A stretch of 64,000 nt of DNA from Candidatus Latescibacterota bacterium (GTDB lineage Bacteria > Latescibacterota > UBA2968 > UBA8231). Shown here in pieces: positions 10,369-19,971 of the stretch. Each line of letters starts with the position of its first letter. The first letter of the stretch is position 1. The translations under genes and the position numbers were made by a program. Where the stretch lies: NCBI GenBank assembly GCA_964291625.2, contig OZ220089.1, positions 96,001 to 160,000 on the forward strand. Reading direction: 5' to 3'. A model generated the notes under the pieces. That model did no database searches and was not told the DNA's origin. It saw only the letters and a program-made list of their open reading frames with translations.

Positions 10369-11441
10369 CCCTCCTCGACCGCTACCTCCTGCGCCGCTTC
10401 CTCGCCTGTCTGGGACTGAGCGCCGCGGGGATGTGGGGACTCGCCGCGGTGGTCGACCTCACCGAGAACATCGACACCTTCATAGACCACCAGGCCTCCC
10501 TCTCCCAGGTCGGCCGCTACTACCTCTACCGCTCGCCCTACTGGATCCTGCTGACCCTTCCCGTCACCACCTTGCTCGCCACCCTGTTCTGCCTCTCGGG
10601 CCTGGCCCGCCGCTCCGAGATCGCCGCCGCGAAGGCCGCCGGCATCGGTCTGCACCGCCTTCTCGCGCCCCTCTACGCGTTCTCCGTCGTCCTGGCGGGA
10701 GCGACGCTGTTGTTCACCGATCTCGTCGTCCCCCCCGCCACCTGGCACTACAACAGCACCCGCGACGAGATCCGCTCGTACCGGCGCTCCGACGGCTCCC
10801 GGCGCCAGGTCCTGCTGCAGGACGTGGGGGGCCAGCTCCTCTTCGCCCGCTCCTACGACCACCGCCGCAGGCGAGCCGAGGACGTCACCTGGGAACGCAC
10901 CCTTGGGAGCCGCACCCTCGAGCGCGCCACGGGCCGCTCGGCCTCCTGGCGCGCCGGCGACGGCCGCTGGATGATGCACGAGGGCCATCGCCAGCTCTTC
11001 GAGGAGTCGGGGGCCGCCGCCGCCTTCTTCGACAGCCTGGCCCTCACCCGCCTGACCCTGCAGCCGGAGGACCTCGCCCGCCAACAGAGGGAACCGGAGG
11101 AGATGGACTTCTCCGAGCTGGCCGGGTACGTGCGCAGGGCCCGCGCCAACGGCGAGGACGTGACGCGGCTCCTCGTCGACCTCCACCTGAAGATCTCCTT
11201 CCCCTTCACCTGCCTGGTCATCCTGCTCCTGGCGGCGCCCCTCGGGGCCGGCGCCCGACGCGGCGGCGGGGGCCGCCACTTCGGACTCGGCGTGCTGATC
11301 TGCTTCGCCTTCTACGGATCGGTGAAGGCCGGCCAAGCCCTGGGCTGGAACGAGGTTCTGGCGCCCTGGCTCGGCGCCTGGCTGGCCAACCTGGTCTACG
11401 GCGCCCTTGCGGTCCTGTTGCTGCGCAGGACCCACACCTGA
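10365..11441 (+). CDS. lptG: LPS export ABC permease LptG
   Basis: GTG overlaps lptF stop (GTGA); LLDRYLLRRF, RRSEIAAAKAAGI, LHLKISFPF, AWLAN. Confidence 0.9.
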   Translation: MTLLDRYLLRRFLACLGLSAAGMWGLAAVVDLTENIDTFIDHQASLSQVGRYYLYRSPYWILLTLPVTTLLATLFCLSGLARRSEIAAAKAAGIGLHRLLAPLYAFSVVLAGATLLFTDLVVPPATWHYNSTRDEIRSYRRSDGSRRQVLLQDVGGQLLFARSYDHRRRRAEDVTWERTLGSRTLERATGRSASWRAGDGRWMMHEGHRQLFEESGAAAAFFDSLALTRLTLQPEDLARQQREPEEMDFSELAGYVRRARANGEDVTRLLVDLHLKISFPFTCLVILLLAAPLGAGARRGGGGRHFGLGVLICFAFYGSVKAGQALGWNEVLAPWLGAWLANLVYGALAVLLLRRTHT

Positions 11442-11461
11442 GGCACGGTGTTGGCCTTCGG

Positions 11462-12571
11462 CTAAGTCAGACCCTGCTGGAGATGGTAGATCTTCAGCTT
11501 GAGGGCGGGGGACATGCCCTTCCACTTCTCGAGGAGATCGGAGGCCTGGGAACGGCTGTCCTCCCCGGAGATCTTGTCGCCGAGGCTCATCAGCAGCCTG
11601 GCCATGAGCTCGACCCGGTCCTCGGAGGCGCCTACGGTGAGCCTCTCCAGATCGTCCAGGACGTCGGCGCCGATCTTCTCGCGAGTGTTGCCCATCGCCT
11701 TCTCCAGAAAGGCGGCGTGGCGCCGGCCGAAGGTTTCGTCGGCGACGCTGCGGTTGACGAGCAAGCGGATCAGATCCGCCCCCGGCCGCTCCCGCAGCAG
11801 CCTGGCCGCCAGGCGCGACATCCGCCTCGCCTCCTGTCCCCGCGACTCCCCAGGCTTCGCGTCCATCGTCCAGGCGGTGCGACCGCGCCCGTCCACGAGG
11901 AGATCGAAGAGCGAAGGCTGCGGCAGGCGGGACAGGACCTCCTCCAGGGCCTGATCGTCTGTCGAGGCCGACACGCGCAGCAGATGGTCCACCGACAGGG
12001 GCGCGAGGTTGGGGTGCATCCCGGTGAGCTTTGCCGCCAGGACCTGGCCGGCCTCGGCACCGGCACCCGCCAGGAGCGCGTCCAGCAGGGCCTCCAGGGT
12101 CTCGGGGTTGACCGGCAGACCCAGGGCCGCCTCCCGGACCACGCACGCGGCCGGGTGCCGCAGGAACTCCTGCACCACATCCCGGTGCCGCAGCACCCAG
12201 ACGAGGGACGCCGCCGCCGCCGGATCGGTCTCGGCGCGGGCCCAGCCGAGGACCCGCTGAACCGAGGAGCGGTTGAACAGCCAGTGGCGGTGAAAGCCGA
12301 GGACCTGGATGGCCACCAGCCGGCGGGGGTCGGCCGGGTCCTCGACGATTCGGCACAGGCGCTCGACTCCCTCTGCCGTGGGCACCAGGACGCGCAGCCG
12401 GGCCACGGCGGCCATGCGCTCCCCGGGATCTCCGTCGCCGGCGACGGCAGCGACCAGGGCCTCCAGGTCGGGATGGGACTCCTCGGCGGCCTGTTCCTGA
12501 TGCTCGAGGCCGGGCTCGGGGCCTTCCTCCTCGCGATCGCCGGGGAACAGATGACGTACGTCGAAGACCAT
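11462..12571 (-). CDS. Hypothetical alpha-solenoid (HEAT-like repeat) protein
   Basis: Repeated helical units (DPGERMAAVARL, DPRRLVAIQVLG, VVREAALGL); ATG at 12571 is 1 nt after the upstream stop. Confidence 0.55.
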   Translation of the reverse strand: MVFDVRHLFPGDREEEGPEPGLEHQEQAAEESHPDLEALVAAVAGDGDPGERMAAVARLRVLVPTAEGVERLCRIVEDPADPRRLVAIQVLGFHRHWLFNRSSVQRVLGWARAETDPAAAASLVWVLRHRDVVQEFLRHPAACVVREAALGLPVNPETLEALLDALLAGAGAEAGQVLAAKLTGMHPNLAPLSVDHLLRVSASTDDQALEEVLSRLPQPSLFDLLVDGRGRTAWTMDAKPGESRGQEARRMSRLAARLLRERPGADLIRLLVNRSVADETFGRRHAAFLEKAMGNTREKIGADVLDDLERLTVGASEDRVELMARLLMSLGDKISGEDSRSQASDLLEKWKGMSPALKLKIYHLQQGLT

Positions 12572-12572
12572 G

Positions 12573-13433
12573 TCAGCGGCCCCGGGCGGCGGGACGGTCG
12601 GCGCCGCCCCCATGGAGGAAGAACTCCCTCAGGAACCCGTTGATCTGCTCCATGGCCAGGCGGGACCGCACCAGACCCTCCTGCCCGGGATCCTCGAGGA
12701 ACTCCTCGATCGCGGCCAGCGGCTGGACCAGCCCCTCCCGGAGGCGGCCGTAGAGTTCCTCCTGGATCTCGGCCTGGATGTGGGAGACCTCCTCCAGCAA
12801 CGACACGTCGCGCAGCAGGATGAGGACGGCGGGGCCCGACGTCAGTTCGCGGCGGTGGAGGGTGATCTCCAGCGCCGAGGGTTCGATGAGGGAGAAGGAG
12901 TGGGGCTCGTCGTGGTCCAGGGCGGCCACGGGATCGACTCCGGTGATCCTCTCGAAGACCCTGCCATCGAGGTCGGCCAGGGGCACCCCGAGCATCTCCG
13001 CGGCTCGGTGGTTGACCACCTCGGCGGCACCGGAGGCGCGCACCACGAGAAGGCCGAAGGGCAGGGCGTCGACGAGTCCCGGATCGTCGAGAGGACCGCC
13101 GGCGATCAGCTGGGTGAGGGTGTGGGGGAGCTCCGGGGCCGGGGCGCCGCTTCCCTCGGAGGGCCGCGGGACTTCGTCGGCTGGGATCTTGCCTCCGGGG
13201 GTTTCGTCCGCGCCCGGGCTCAGGACGTAGCCGGCGCCAGCGGCCTCGAGGAAACCGGCTTCGCGCAGCCCGGCCAGGGCGGAGGCCGCGTCGGCCTCGG
13301 GAGCGCCGAGGCGAAGGCCGAGGGCCTTGACGTCGTCGTCGAGAAAGGGATTGCGCCGCCACTCCGCCAGCATGCGGCGCTTGAGGTCCGCCATCGGTGG
13401 CCCGGGAACCACCGGAAGGTCCCAGTCGTACAT
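12573..13433 (-). CDS. PAS-domain protein with N-terminal winged-helix-like region and truncated HisKA-like tail
   Basis: LVDALPFGLLVV..VVNHRAAEMLG..VLILLRDVS is PAS-like; followed by RLREGLVQPLAAI; no HATPase domain. Confidence 0.6.
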   Translation of the reverse strand: MYDWDLPVVPGPPMADLKRRMLAEWRRNPFLDDDVKALGLRLGAPEADAASALAGLREAGFLEAAGAGYVLSPGADETPGGKIPADEVPRPSEGSGAPAPELPHTLTQLIAGGPLDDPGLVDALPFGLLVVRASGAAEVVNHRAAEMLGVPLADLDGRVFERITGVDPVAALDHDEPHSFSLIEPSALEITLHRRELTSGPAVLILLRDVSLLEEVSHIQAEIQEELYGRLREGLVQPLAAIEEFLEDPGQEGLVRSRLAMEQINGFLREFFLHGGGADRPAARGR

Positions 13434-13581
13434 GATTCGTCCACTGCCCGACGGCCGGCGCGGCAAAGAGGAACCGGCGACCGTAGTGTACCCGGGGGAG
13501 GGTTGGAACGAACCGCGTCTCAGGGGGGGAGTGTCCAATATAACCGGTCTCGCCCCCATCCTGCAAGCGGCTGTCGGCCCG

Positions 13582-14007
13582 TCAGACGCCTCCGGCCTCC
13601 TGCACCGTGACCTGCAGGCTGAAGGGGTCCGACGGGTCCGGCAGCACCAGGATCACCTCCACGTCCCCGTCGATGGCGACCGATGCCTTGCGGCGGACCC
13701 GGAGCCCCTGGTCCGGAGGGACCAGAAGCACCAGATCGAGCTTCAGCTCGGTGCCGGCGTTCAGGCTTCCCCCGGCCACGTCCCGCCGTTCCCCCGGCCC
13801 CACGACGGCCCGGACGACGGCCGCCTCGTCCTGCTCTCCCACCCGCAGATGGGCGACCTCCACCGCAAAGGGCGTCCGGTTGTCGACCAGAACCGATCCG
13901 TCCTCCGGTGGGGCGCCGTTCTCCGGATCGACGATATCCGTCCCGCCGCCGCCTCCGCAAGCGAGCATCGCCGCGGCGGCGGCCGCCGGCCCCAGCCATC
14001 GCCGCAA
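13582..14007 (-). CDS. Putative lipoprotein
   Basis: 3' end of the 13582..16197 ORF: RRWLGPAAAAAAMLAC (lipobox) followed by a beta-rich domain; start uncertain. Confidence 0.55.
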   Translation of the reverse strand: MRRWLGPAAAAAAMLACGGGGGTDIVDPENGAPPEDGSVLVDNRTPFAVEVAHLRVGEQDEAAVVRAVVGPGERRDVAGGSLNAGTELKLDLVLLVPPDQGLRVRRKASVAIDGDVEVILVLPDPSDPFSLQVTVQEAGGV

Positions 14008-14160
14008 CCGCCCGAGAGGCCGGCAGCGGAGCTGATTGCGTACGGCCCAAGTTGATGCTATACTTGCCGTTACCCCCACTTCGGCGGTGCCATCCTCAGG
14101 CGCCCGCCGGCGCTCCCGTCCCACTGCCTCTCTCCCCGTCCGTTTCCACGGACCCTCCAT

Positions 14161-16104
14161 TTGCACCTGTGCCGGTTGCTGCTTGCATCGGTGTGTCTCT
14201 TCGCCGCCCCGGTCACCACGGGCGGGGACGTGCACATGGTGCGCCCGGGCGACACCCTGTCGCAAATCGCCCAGCGTTACGGCGTCAGCCTGGACGACCT
14301 GCGGCGCTGGAACCGGCTCTCCACGGATGCCATCGCCGTGGGCCAGCGCCTGGAGGTCTCGGCCCCCGCCAGCACCTGCATCGTGCGGCCCGGCGACACC
14401 CTCTCCGAGATCGCCCATCGCCACGGCCTCACCACCGCGGACCTGAGACGCCTCAACGGTCTGACAAACGACCGCATCCGCCCCGGCCAGGTGCTCCGCC
14501 TGCGGGGGCAGCCGCAGAGACCTGCCGGATACGTGGTCCGGTCCGGCGACACCCTCTCGGAGATCGCCGTCCGCTTCGATGTCGAGCTGGCGCTGCTGCG
14601 GCAGCTCAACGACCTCGAGGGTGATCGCATCCGTGTCGGCCAGAGGCTGCGACTGCAGCCCTCGCCGAAGCAGGCGAGCATCCACGTGGTGCTGCCCGGC
14701 CAGACCCTCTTTCAGATCGCCGCCCTGTACGATATCGGTGTCGGACGCCTGCGTCACCTGAACGGCCTCGAGGGCGACCTCATCCGTCCCGGCCAGAAGC
14801 TCCACCTTCGTCCGACGCCAGCCACGGTGCACGTCGTCGAGCGCGGGGACGCCCTGTGGGAGATCGCCCGGGCCTACGGCCTGTCGGTGGCGGACCTGAA
14901 GGCCCTCAACCGTCTCCGCGGGGACAGCATCTATCCGGGACAACGGCTGCTCCTGGGACAGGACCGCAGACCGCGGCTGGCCAGCCACACCGTCGTCCGC
15001 GGCGACAACCTGTCGGAGATCGCCCAGCTTCACCAGATGAGCGTCGCCGAGCTGCGGCGTCTCAACGATCTGTCCGGCATGGTCATCCACCCCGGACAGA
15101 AGCTGAAGGTCCGGCCGCTGCTGGGGAGACCGGGACGGCTCGACCCGTCCCAACTGGACCCGTCCCGGATCCCCTGGGAGCGACTCCTGGTCGACGTGGC
15201 CGGCCTCCGCCGCATCGCCCTGGAGAACGGACCGTACTACGGACAGCGTCCCCGGGCGCGCCGCCAGCCGAGCCGGCAGTACGCCGAAAAACACCCCCCC
15301 TCGCCCCTTCGGACCTACCGGCAGGCGAGGAAGCTCTGGGACCGGTTCGAAGCCGAGGTGGGACGCCTCGGACGACTCGGCAACGACCTCGCGGGATGGC
15401 ACTTGGTGCTCGATCCCGGCCACGGCGGGATCGACCCCGGGGCGATCGTGCGGACCATCGCCGGCGACGGCACCCGCCTCTACGTCGTCGAGGACGAGTA
15501 CGTCTACGACATCACCCTGCGCGCCTACGTGCTGCTGCGCCTGCACGGGGCCAGGGTCGACGTCACGATGTTGAGCCCCAACCACCTCATCCGCCGGACG
15601 GAGCCGGCGACACAGACCTTCGTGCACCAGCAGAACGAGGTCTTCAACAGCTTGGCCCTCAACCGCTCCAACCACCCGCGCCAGTGGCCCACCGGCAACT
15701 CCAGGGGACTCAAGGCCCGGGTGCAGATCACCAGGGACGCCCTGCGGAAGGCCCCGGGAGGCCGCACGATCTTCCTGTCCTTCCACGCCGATCACGACCC
15801 CAACTCTCCCCAGGCGCCCCTGGTCCTCTACTACGAGCGGCGCGGAAAGCGCGACCACGCCTCCCGCCGCTTCGCCCGCGCCCTGCTGCCCGCCCTCGGC
15901 GCCGGCGCCCGGACCCGCGGTCAGTCCCTGGCGGTCCTGCGCGGCAATCCCGCCTCGGTGAAGGTCCTGGTGGAGGTCGCCAACCTCGCCTACGTCGATC
16001 ACGCCTGGGCCCTGCGGTTCGAGCAGCACCGGCAGCGGGAAGCGGAGAAGGTCGTCCGCGGCGTGCTGGACTACGTGCGCCGCAAGCAGTTGGCGCGGCG
16101 CTGA
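14161..16104 (+). CDS. N-acetylmuramoyl-L-alanine amidase (Amidase_3) with six LysM domains
   Basis: Signal peptide; six repeats of VxxGDTLxxIAxxxGVSxxxLxxxNxL..IxxGQxL; LVLDPGHGG..E, FLSFHAD, VLVEVANL zinc-amidase motifs. Confidence 0.9.
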   Translation: MHLCRLLLASVCLFAAPVTTGGDVHMVRPGDTLSQIAQRYGVSLDDLRRWNRLSTDAIAVGQRLEVSAPASTCIVRPGDTLSEIAHRHGLTTADLRRLNGLTNDRIRPGQVLRLRGQPQRPAGYVVRSGDTLSEIAVRFDVELALLRQLNDLEGDRIRVGQRLRLQPSPKQASIHVVLPGQTLFQIAALYDIGVGRLRHLNGLEGDLIRPGQKLHLRPTPATVHVVERGDALWEIARAYGLSVADLKALNRLRGDSIYPGQRLLLGQDRRPRLASHTVVRGDNLSEIAQLHQMSVAELRRLNDLSGMVIHPGQKLKVRPLLGRPGRLDPSQLDPSRIPWERLLVDVAGLRRIALENGPYYGQRPRARRQPSRQYAEKHPPSPLRTYRQARKLWDRFEAEVGRLGRLGNDLAGWHLVLDPGHGGIDPGAIVRTIAGDGTRLYVVEDEYVYDITLRAYVLLRLHGARVDVTMLSPNHLIRRTEPATQTFVHQQNEVFNSLALNRSNHPRQWPTGNSRGLKARVQITRDALRKAPGGRTIFLSFHADHDPNSPQAPLVLYYERRGKRDHASRRFARALLPALGAGARTRGQSLAVLRGNPASVKVLVEVANLAYVDHAWALRFEQHRQREAEKVVRGVLDYVRRKQLARR

Positions 16105-16118
16105 TCCCCGGAACGTAG

Positions 16119-16153
16119 AAAGGCCCCGGGGAGAGCAACTCCCCGGGGCCTTT
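16119..16153. terminator. Bidirectional intrinsic terminator
   Basis: aaaggccccgggga-gagcaac-tccccggggccttt perfect stem between convergent genes. Confidence 0.85.
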
Positions 16154-16174
16154 GCACCTTGAGCGGGTACTCCT

Positions 16175-16450
16175 TCAGGCGGTAACCACCCGCACACCGA
16201 GCAGACGCCTGGCGGCTCGCCGCACGACCTCGGGCTCGAGGCCGGCCAACTCGCACCAGGGATCGATCCGGGGACTCTCCACGAAGTCCACCTCCATCAC
16301 CTCCTCGGTTACCTCCTCGGTCTTCGAGATTTCCCGCAACGTGCTGAGAATCATGGCGTTGGCCAACCTACGATAGGCCAGGGACACGCGTTCTACCTGG
16401 GCTGCGTCCTGATCCGTACGCATGGCGATCCCGTTCGTTAAAGTGGACAT
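16175..16450 (-). CDS. Small hypothetical protein (91 aa)
   Basis: Fills the gap to the terminator; ATG at 16450 follows an AT-richer upstream region; ends PWCELAGLEPEVVRRAARRLL. Confidence 0.6.
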   Translation of the reverse strand: MSTLTNGIAMRTDQDAAQVERVSLAYRRLANAMILSTLREISKTEEVTEEVMEVDFVESPRIDPWCELAGLEPEVVRRAARRLLGVRVVTA

Positions 16451-16576
16451 GATCTGGTTGTTTTTCGCCCTGAGGGGCGCTTTGGCCACAATGTACGGAA
16501 TTATCCGGCCGGAATCGGGAAAAAGTTGAGTCCAGCCGGAAAAAAGCCCGCACGGGGCCCGACGCACCCCCCTTCT

Positions 16577-17578
16577 TCAGGAGTCCTGTTCGCGGGCGGC
16601 GGCGTAGAGCCGCCCAAGGTGGCGCATGGTGCGCAACGCCGCCTCCCCGTCGGCGCCGGCCGCCGGCCGGCCCTCGACGGCGTCCACGAAGGCCTTCCAC
16701 TCCCGTGACCAGGACCGGTCGGGGCCGGGAAACCGCCGGAGGCGCTCCTGGGGAGCCCCTCCCTCCCGGGCCCGGCGGCCGAGGACGAGCCGCTCCTCGC
16801 CGTAGGACCCGCCGAGTCCCTCGGCGACGGCGTATCCGTCCCGTCCGAAGACCTCCAGGCTGAACAGGTTCTTCCACTGGGTCCAGCTCACGTGCAGGGA
16901 GGCGATCTGGCCGGCCGTCGTGCGCAACAGGGCGAAGGCGTTGTCCTCCACGGGCATGTCCCAGAAGGCGGTCACCGCCTCGGCGCTGACGGCCTCGAAG
17001 TCGCAGCCGAGGATCCACAGGAAGAGGTCAACGAGGTGAGCCCCCTGGTCGAGCAGCTCGCCGCCGCCCGAGACGGCCGTATCGGACCGCCACTCCCGGT
17101 CGTACCCCGGGCGGCCCCCGTGCCCGTAGCGCCCGCGCACGAACATCAGTGGGCCGAGGCTCCCCTCCTCCGCCGCCCGCCGGACTCCCTCCACGGCCGG
17201 GTGGAAGCGATGGTTGTATCCGGCTCTCAGGATCCGGCCGTTCTCCCGGGCGGCGGCGGCGACCTCTTCGACCTCGGCGGCATTCCGGCCGAGGGGTTTC
17301 TCGCAGAGAACGTGCCGGCCGGCCTCCAGGGCCGCCACCGAGATCTCCGCCAGCAGATGGTGGGGAGTCGAGACCACGACCAGATCGACGCCGTCGGCGG
17401 CGGCCAGGGCCCGCCAGTCGCCGTGGGCACGGGTGCCGTGCTCGACAGCCAGACGCCGGGCCGCCTTCTCGTCGACATCGCAGACGGCCACCAGCCGGCT
17501 CGCCCCGTCGGCGGCCACCGCCGCGGCCCTCTGGCTTCCCGCGCGGCCGGCTCCGATCACGACGACCCGGTGGGTCAT
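16577..17578 (-). CDS. Gfo/Idh/MocA family oxidoreductase
   Basis: MTHRVVVIGAGRAG, HVLCEKPLG, GYNHRFHP, GGGELLDQGAHLVD; ATGA overlap with the upstream SDR. Confidence 0.92.
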   Translation of the reverse strand: MTHRVVVIGAGRAGSQRAAAVAADGASRLVAVCDVDEKAARRLAVEHGTRAHGDWRALAAADGVDLVVVSTPHHLLAEISVAALEAGRHVLCEKPLGRNAAEVEEVAAAARENGRILRAGYNHRFHPAVEGVRRAAEEGSLGPLMFVRGRYGHGGRPGYDREWRSDTAVSGGGELLDQGAHLVDLFLWILGCDFEAVSAEAVTAFWDMPVEDNAFALLRTTAGQIASLHVSWTQWKNLFSLEVFGRDGYAVAEGLGGSYGEERLVLGRRAREGGAPQERLRRFPGPDRSWSREWKAFVDAVEGRPAAGADGEAALRTMRHLGRLYAAAREQDS

Positions 17579-18400
17579 GGCCTCAGGCGCCGAACCGCGC
17601 CGCCCTCGCCGGCCATCACCGCCTCGACATCGAGGTGCTCCCAGTCGTCCCACGCGGCCGACAGCAGACGGCCGCTCAGGCCCGCCGAGCGCGGCGAGAC
17701 CAGGTAGAGAACGAGTGCCGCCGCCCCTTCGGGAGTGGCTTCCGGCTCCTCCGGGGCGGCTCCTCCCCGGGCGGCGGTCATCTCCCGGAGCGCGGTGGCG
17801 GCCTCCCGCGCCATGTCGGTGCGGACTTCCCCGGGGGCGACGGCGTTGACGCGCACCCCGTGGGGCGACACCTCGGCCGCAAGGGTCTCGGTGAAGCGCA
17901 CCACGCCGGCCTTGGCGGCCCCGTAGGCGGTGAACCACGGCCGCGGGCTCACGGCTCCCCCGCCGGAGAGGTTCACGATCTCCCCGCGCCGGCGGGCGAT
18001 CATGCCGGGCAGCACGGCGCGGCAGCACAGGAAGCAGCCGCCGAGGTTGACTCGCACCGCCCGCAGCCAGGCCTCCGGATCGGCTTCGTGAGCCGGTCCG
18101 GCCGGGCCCAGGACTCCGGCGTTGTTCACCAGGATGTCGACCCCTCCCCAGGCCCGCTCCGCCTCGTCGACGGCGGCGGCGACCTGCCCGGGGACGGAGA
18201 CGTCGGCGGTCAGGGCCAGGACCGAGGAGCCCAGCGGCCGACAGCTCCTGCGCCGCCTCCTCGACCTGTTCCCGCGTCCTGGCCAGGATGGCCACCCGGG
18301 CGCCGGCGGCCCCCAGGGTCAGGGCGATGGACCGCCCGATGCCCCGTCCGCCGCCGGTGACCAGGGCGTTCCGGCCCTCCAGCTCCCCCTCTGGGCTCAT
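17575..18400 (-). pseudogene. Short-chain dehydrogenase/reductase, frameshifted near 18238 (pseudogene or assembly error)
   Basis: TGGGRGIG half is in the 16577..18466 frame; LTADVS..VNNAG..YGAAKAG..VNAVAPG half is in the 17575..18129 frame; the two join by one extra base. Confidence 0.8.
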
Positions 18401-18519
18401 GGGCGGCCAAGGTATGCGAGATCTCCCTTCGGGGAAAGACAGGCCGCGTTGCCTGTGTGCTCCCATCCCTTACATTTTACAACCACTTCGGACCACCCAG
18501 CCCTTCACGGATCACCCCC

Positions 18520-19971
18520 ATGTCCCTCTGCGCGACCCAGGCCGACCCGCGCGCGATCTGCCGCCGCATCAACGAGAGCGCTCCCACCGAGTACATCTTC
18601 GAGGGCGACCGCTCGCGGCTCCATCCAGAGAGCCGACTGCCCTGGCGGATCTCGCCGGAGCCGTTCTGGCTGACCGGCGACCAGCACGCCTTCCTGCTGC
18701 GGCTGGGGCCGGCGCTGCACGCCTTCAACCGCGCCGCCAACCTCCTCTACCACCAGAGCATCCGGGGCCTGGGGCCGGACTGGGTGCGCGCCTACCTCGA
18801 CGCCGGCAAGCCGGAGCGGACCATCGACCTGGGCCGGCTCAACCGCGTCAAGTCGCACCTGCCCGTGGTGATCCGCCCCGACCTCATCGTCACCGCCGAC
18901 GGCGTGCGCGCGGCCGAGCTCGACTCGGTGCCCGGCGGCATCGGCTTCACCGCCCAGCTCACCGCCGCCTACGCCGATCTCGGATACGATCTGGTGGGCG
19001 GCGCCCACGGCCTGGTGGAGGGGTTCTGGCGGGCCGTTGCCGGGACGGCGAAGAGCAGCGACGAGCCCGTGGTCTGCATCCTCGTCTCCGACGAGGCCGA
19101 GGCCTACCGGGACGAGATGGAGTGGCTGGCCGGCGCCCTCCGGGAACGTGGCCGCCCCGTCCACTGCCGCCACCCGCGGGAGTTGCACGTCGACGACGAC
19201 GGCGTGCTCATCGACGGCGGCGACGGACGGGTACGGGTGGACGTGGCCTACCGGTTCTTCGAGCTCTTCGACCTGCCCAACATTCCGAAGGTCGAACTGG
19301 TCTCCTACCACGCCAAGAAGAACGCGGTTCGCGTGACCCCGCCCATGAAGGCCTATCTCGAGGAGAAGATGTGGCTCGCCCTGTTCCACAATCCGCGCCT
19401 GGCCGCCTTCTGGGAGCGGGAGTTGCCGGGCGACGCCTGTGACCTGCTGCGGGACGTCTTCCCCCGAACCTGGGTCCTCGACCCCGCGCCCGTGCCGCCC
19501 CATGTCGTCGTGCCCGGTCTGCAGGTCGGGGGGCGTCCGGTCAGCGGCTGGGAGGAGCTGCGCCACCTCAGCAAGAAGGAGCGCGAGCTCGTCATCAAGC
19601 CCTCGGGGTTCTCGGAGAAGGCCCAGCAGAGCCGCGGCGTCACCGTCGGCCACGACGTGCCCGAAGAGGACTGGAGGGCCGCTCTCGACGAGGCCCTGCG
19701 GTCCTTCGAGCAGACCCCCCGGGTGCTGCAGAACTTCCACAAGGGCGCCCGCCTGCCGGCCCGCTACTACGACTTCGAGTCCGACACCATCGAGAGCATG
19801 CACGGCCGCGTCCTCCTGCGCCCCTACTACTATGTCGTCGGCGAGGAGGTGCTGCTCGCCGGCGTGCAGTGCCTGGTCTGCCCCTCGGACAAGAAGGTCC
19901 TGCACGGCATGACCGAGGCGGTGCTGACGCCCGCCGCGGTGGCGCCGGCTTCGCAGGACGGAACCGGTTGA
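18520..19971 (+). CDS. Circularly permuted / glutathionylspermidine-synthase-like ATP-grasp amide ligase
   Basis: VIRPDL, ELDSVPGG, EEKMWLA, LVIKPSGFS..SRGV, VLQ, RVLLRPY motif order. Confidence 0.6.
   Translation: MSLCATQADPRAICRRINESAPTEYIFEGDRSRLHPESRLPWRISPEPFWLTGDQHAFLLRLGPALHAFNRAANLLYHQSIRGLGPDWVRAYLDAGKPERTIDLGRLNRVKSHLPVVIRPDLIVTADGVRAAELDSVPGGIGFTAQLTAAYADLGYDLVGGAHGLVEGFWRAVAGTAKSSDEPVVCILVSDEAEAYRDEMEWLAGALRERGRPVHCRHPRELHVDDDGVLIDGGDGRVRVDVAYRFFELFDLPNIPKVELVSYHAKKNAVRVTPPMKAYLEEKMWLALFHNPRLAAFWERELPGDACDLLRDVFPRTWVLDPAPVPPHVVVPGLQVGGRPVSGWEELRHLSKKERELVIKPSGFSEKAQQSRGVTVGHDVPEEDWRAALDEALRSFEQTPRVLQNFHKGARLPARYYDFESDTIESMHGRVLLRPYYYVVGEEVLLAGVQCLVCPSDKKVLHGMTEAVLTPAAVAPASQDGTG

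Noticed and set aside
14230-15115. Regularly spaced repeats resembling a CRISPR array
   Set aside because: They are degenerate coding LysM repeats; no identical repeats with spacers and no cas genes.
16577-18466. Apparent SDR-Gfo/Idh/MocA fusion (629 aa)
   Set aside because: Product of the frameshift near 18238; the middle section is out-of-frame sequence.
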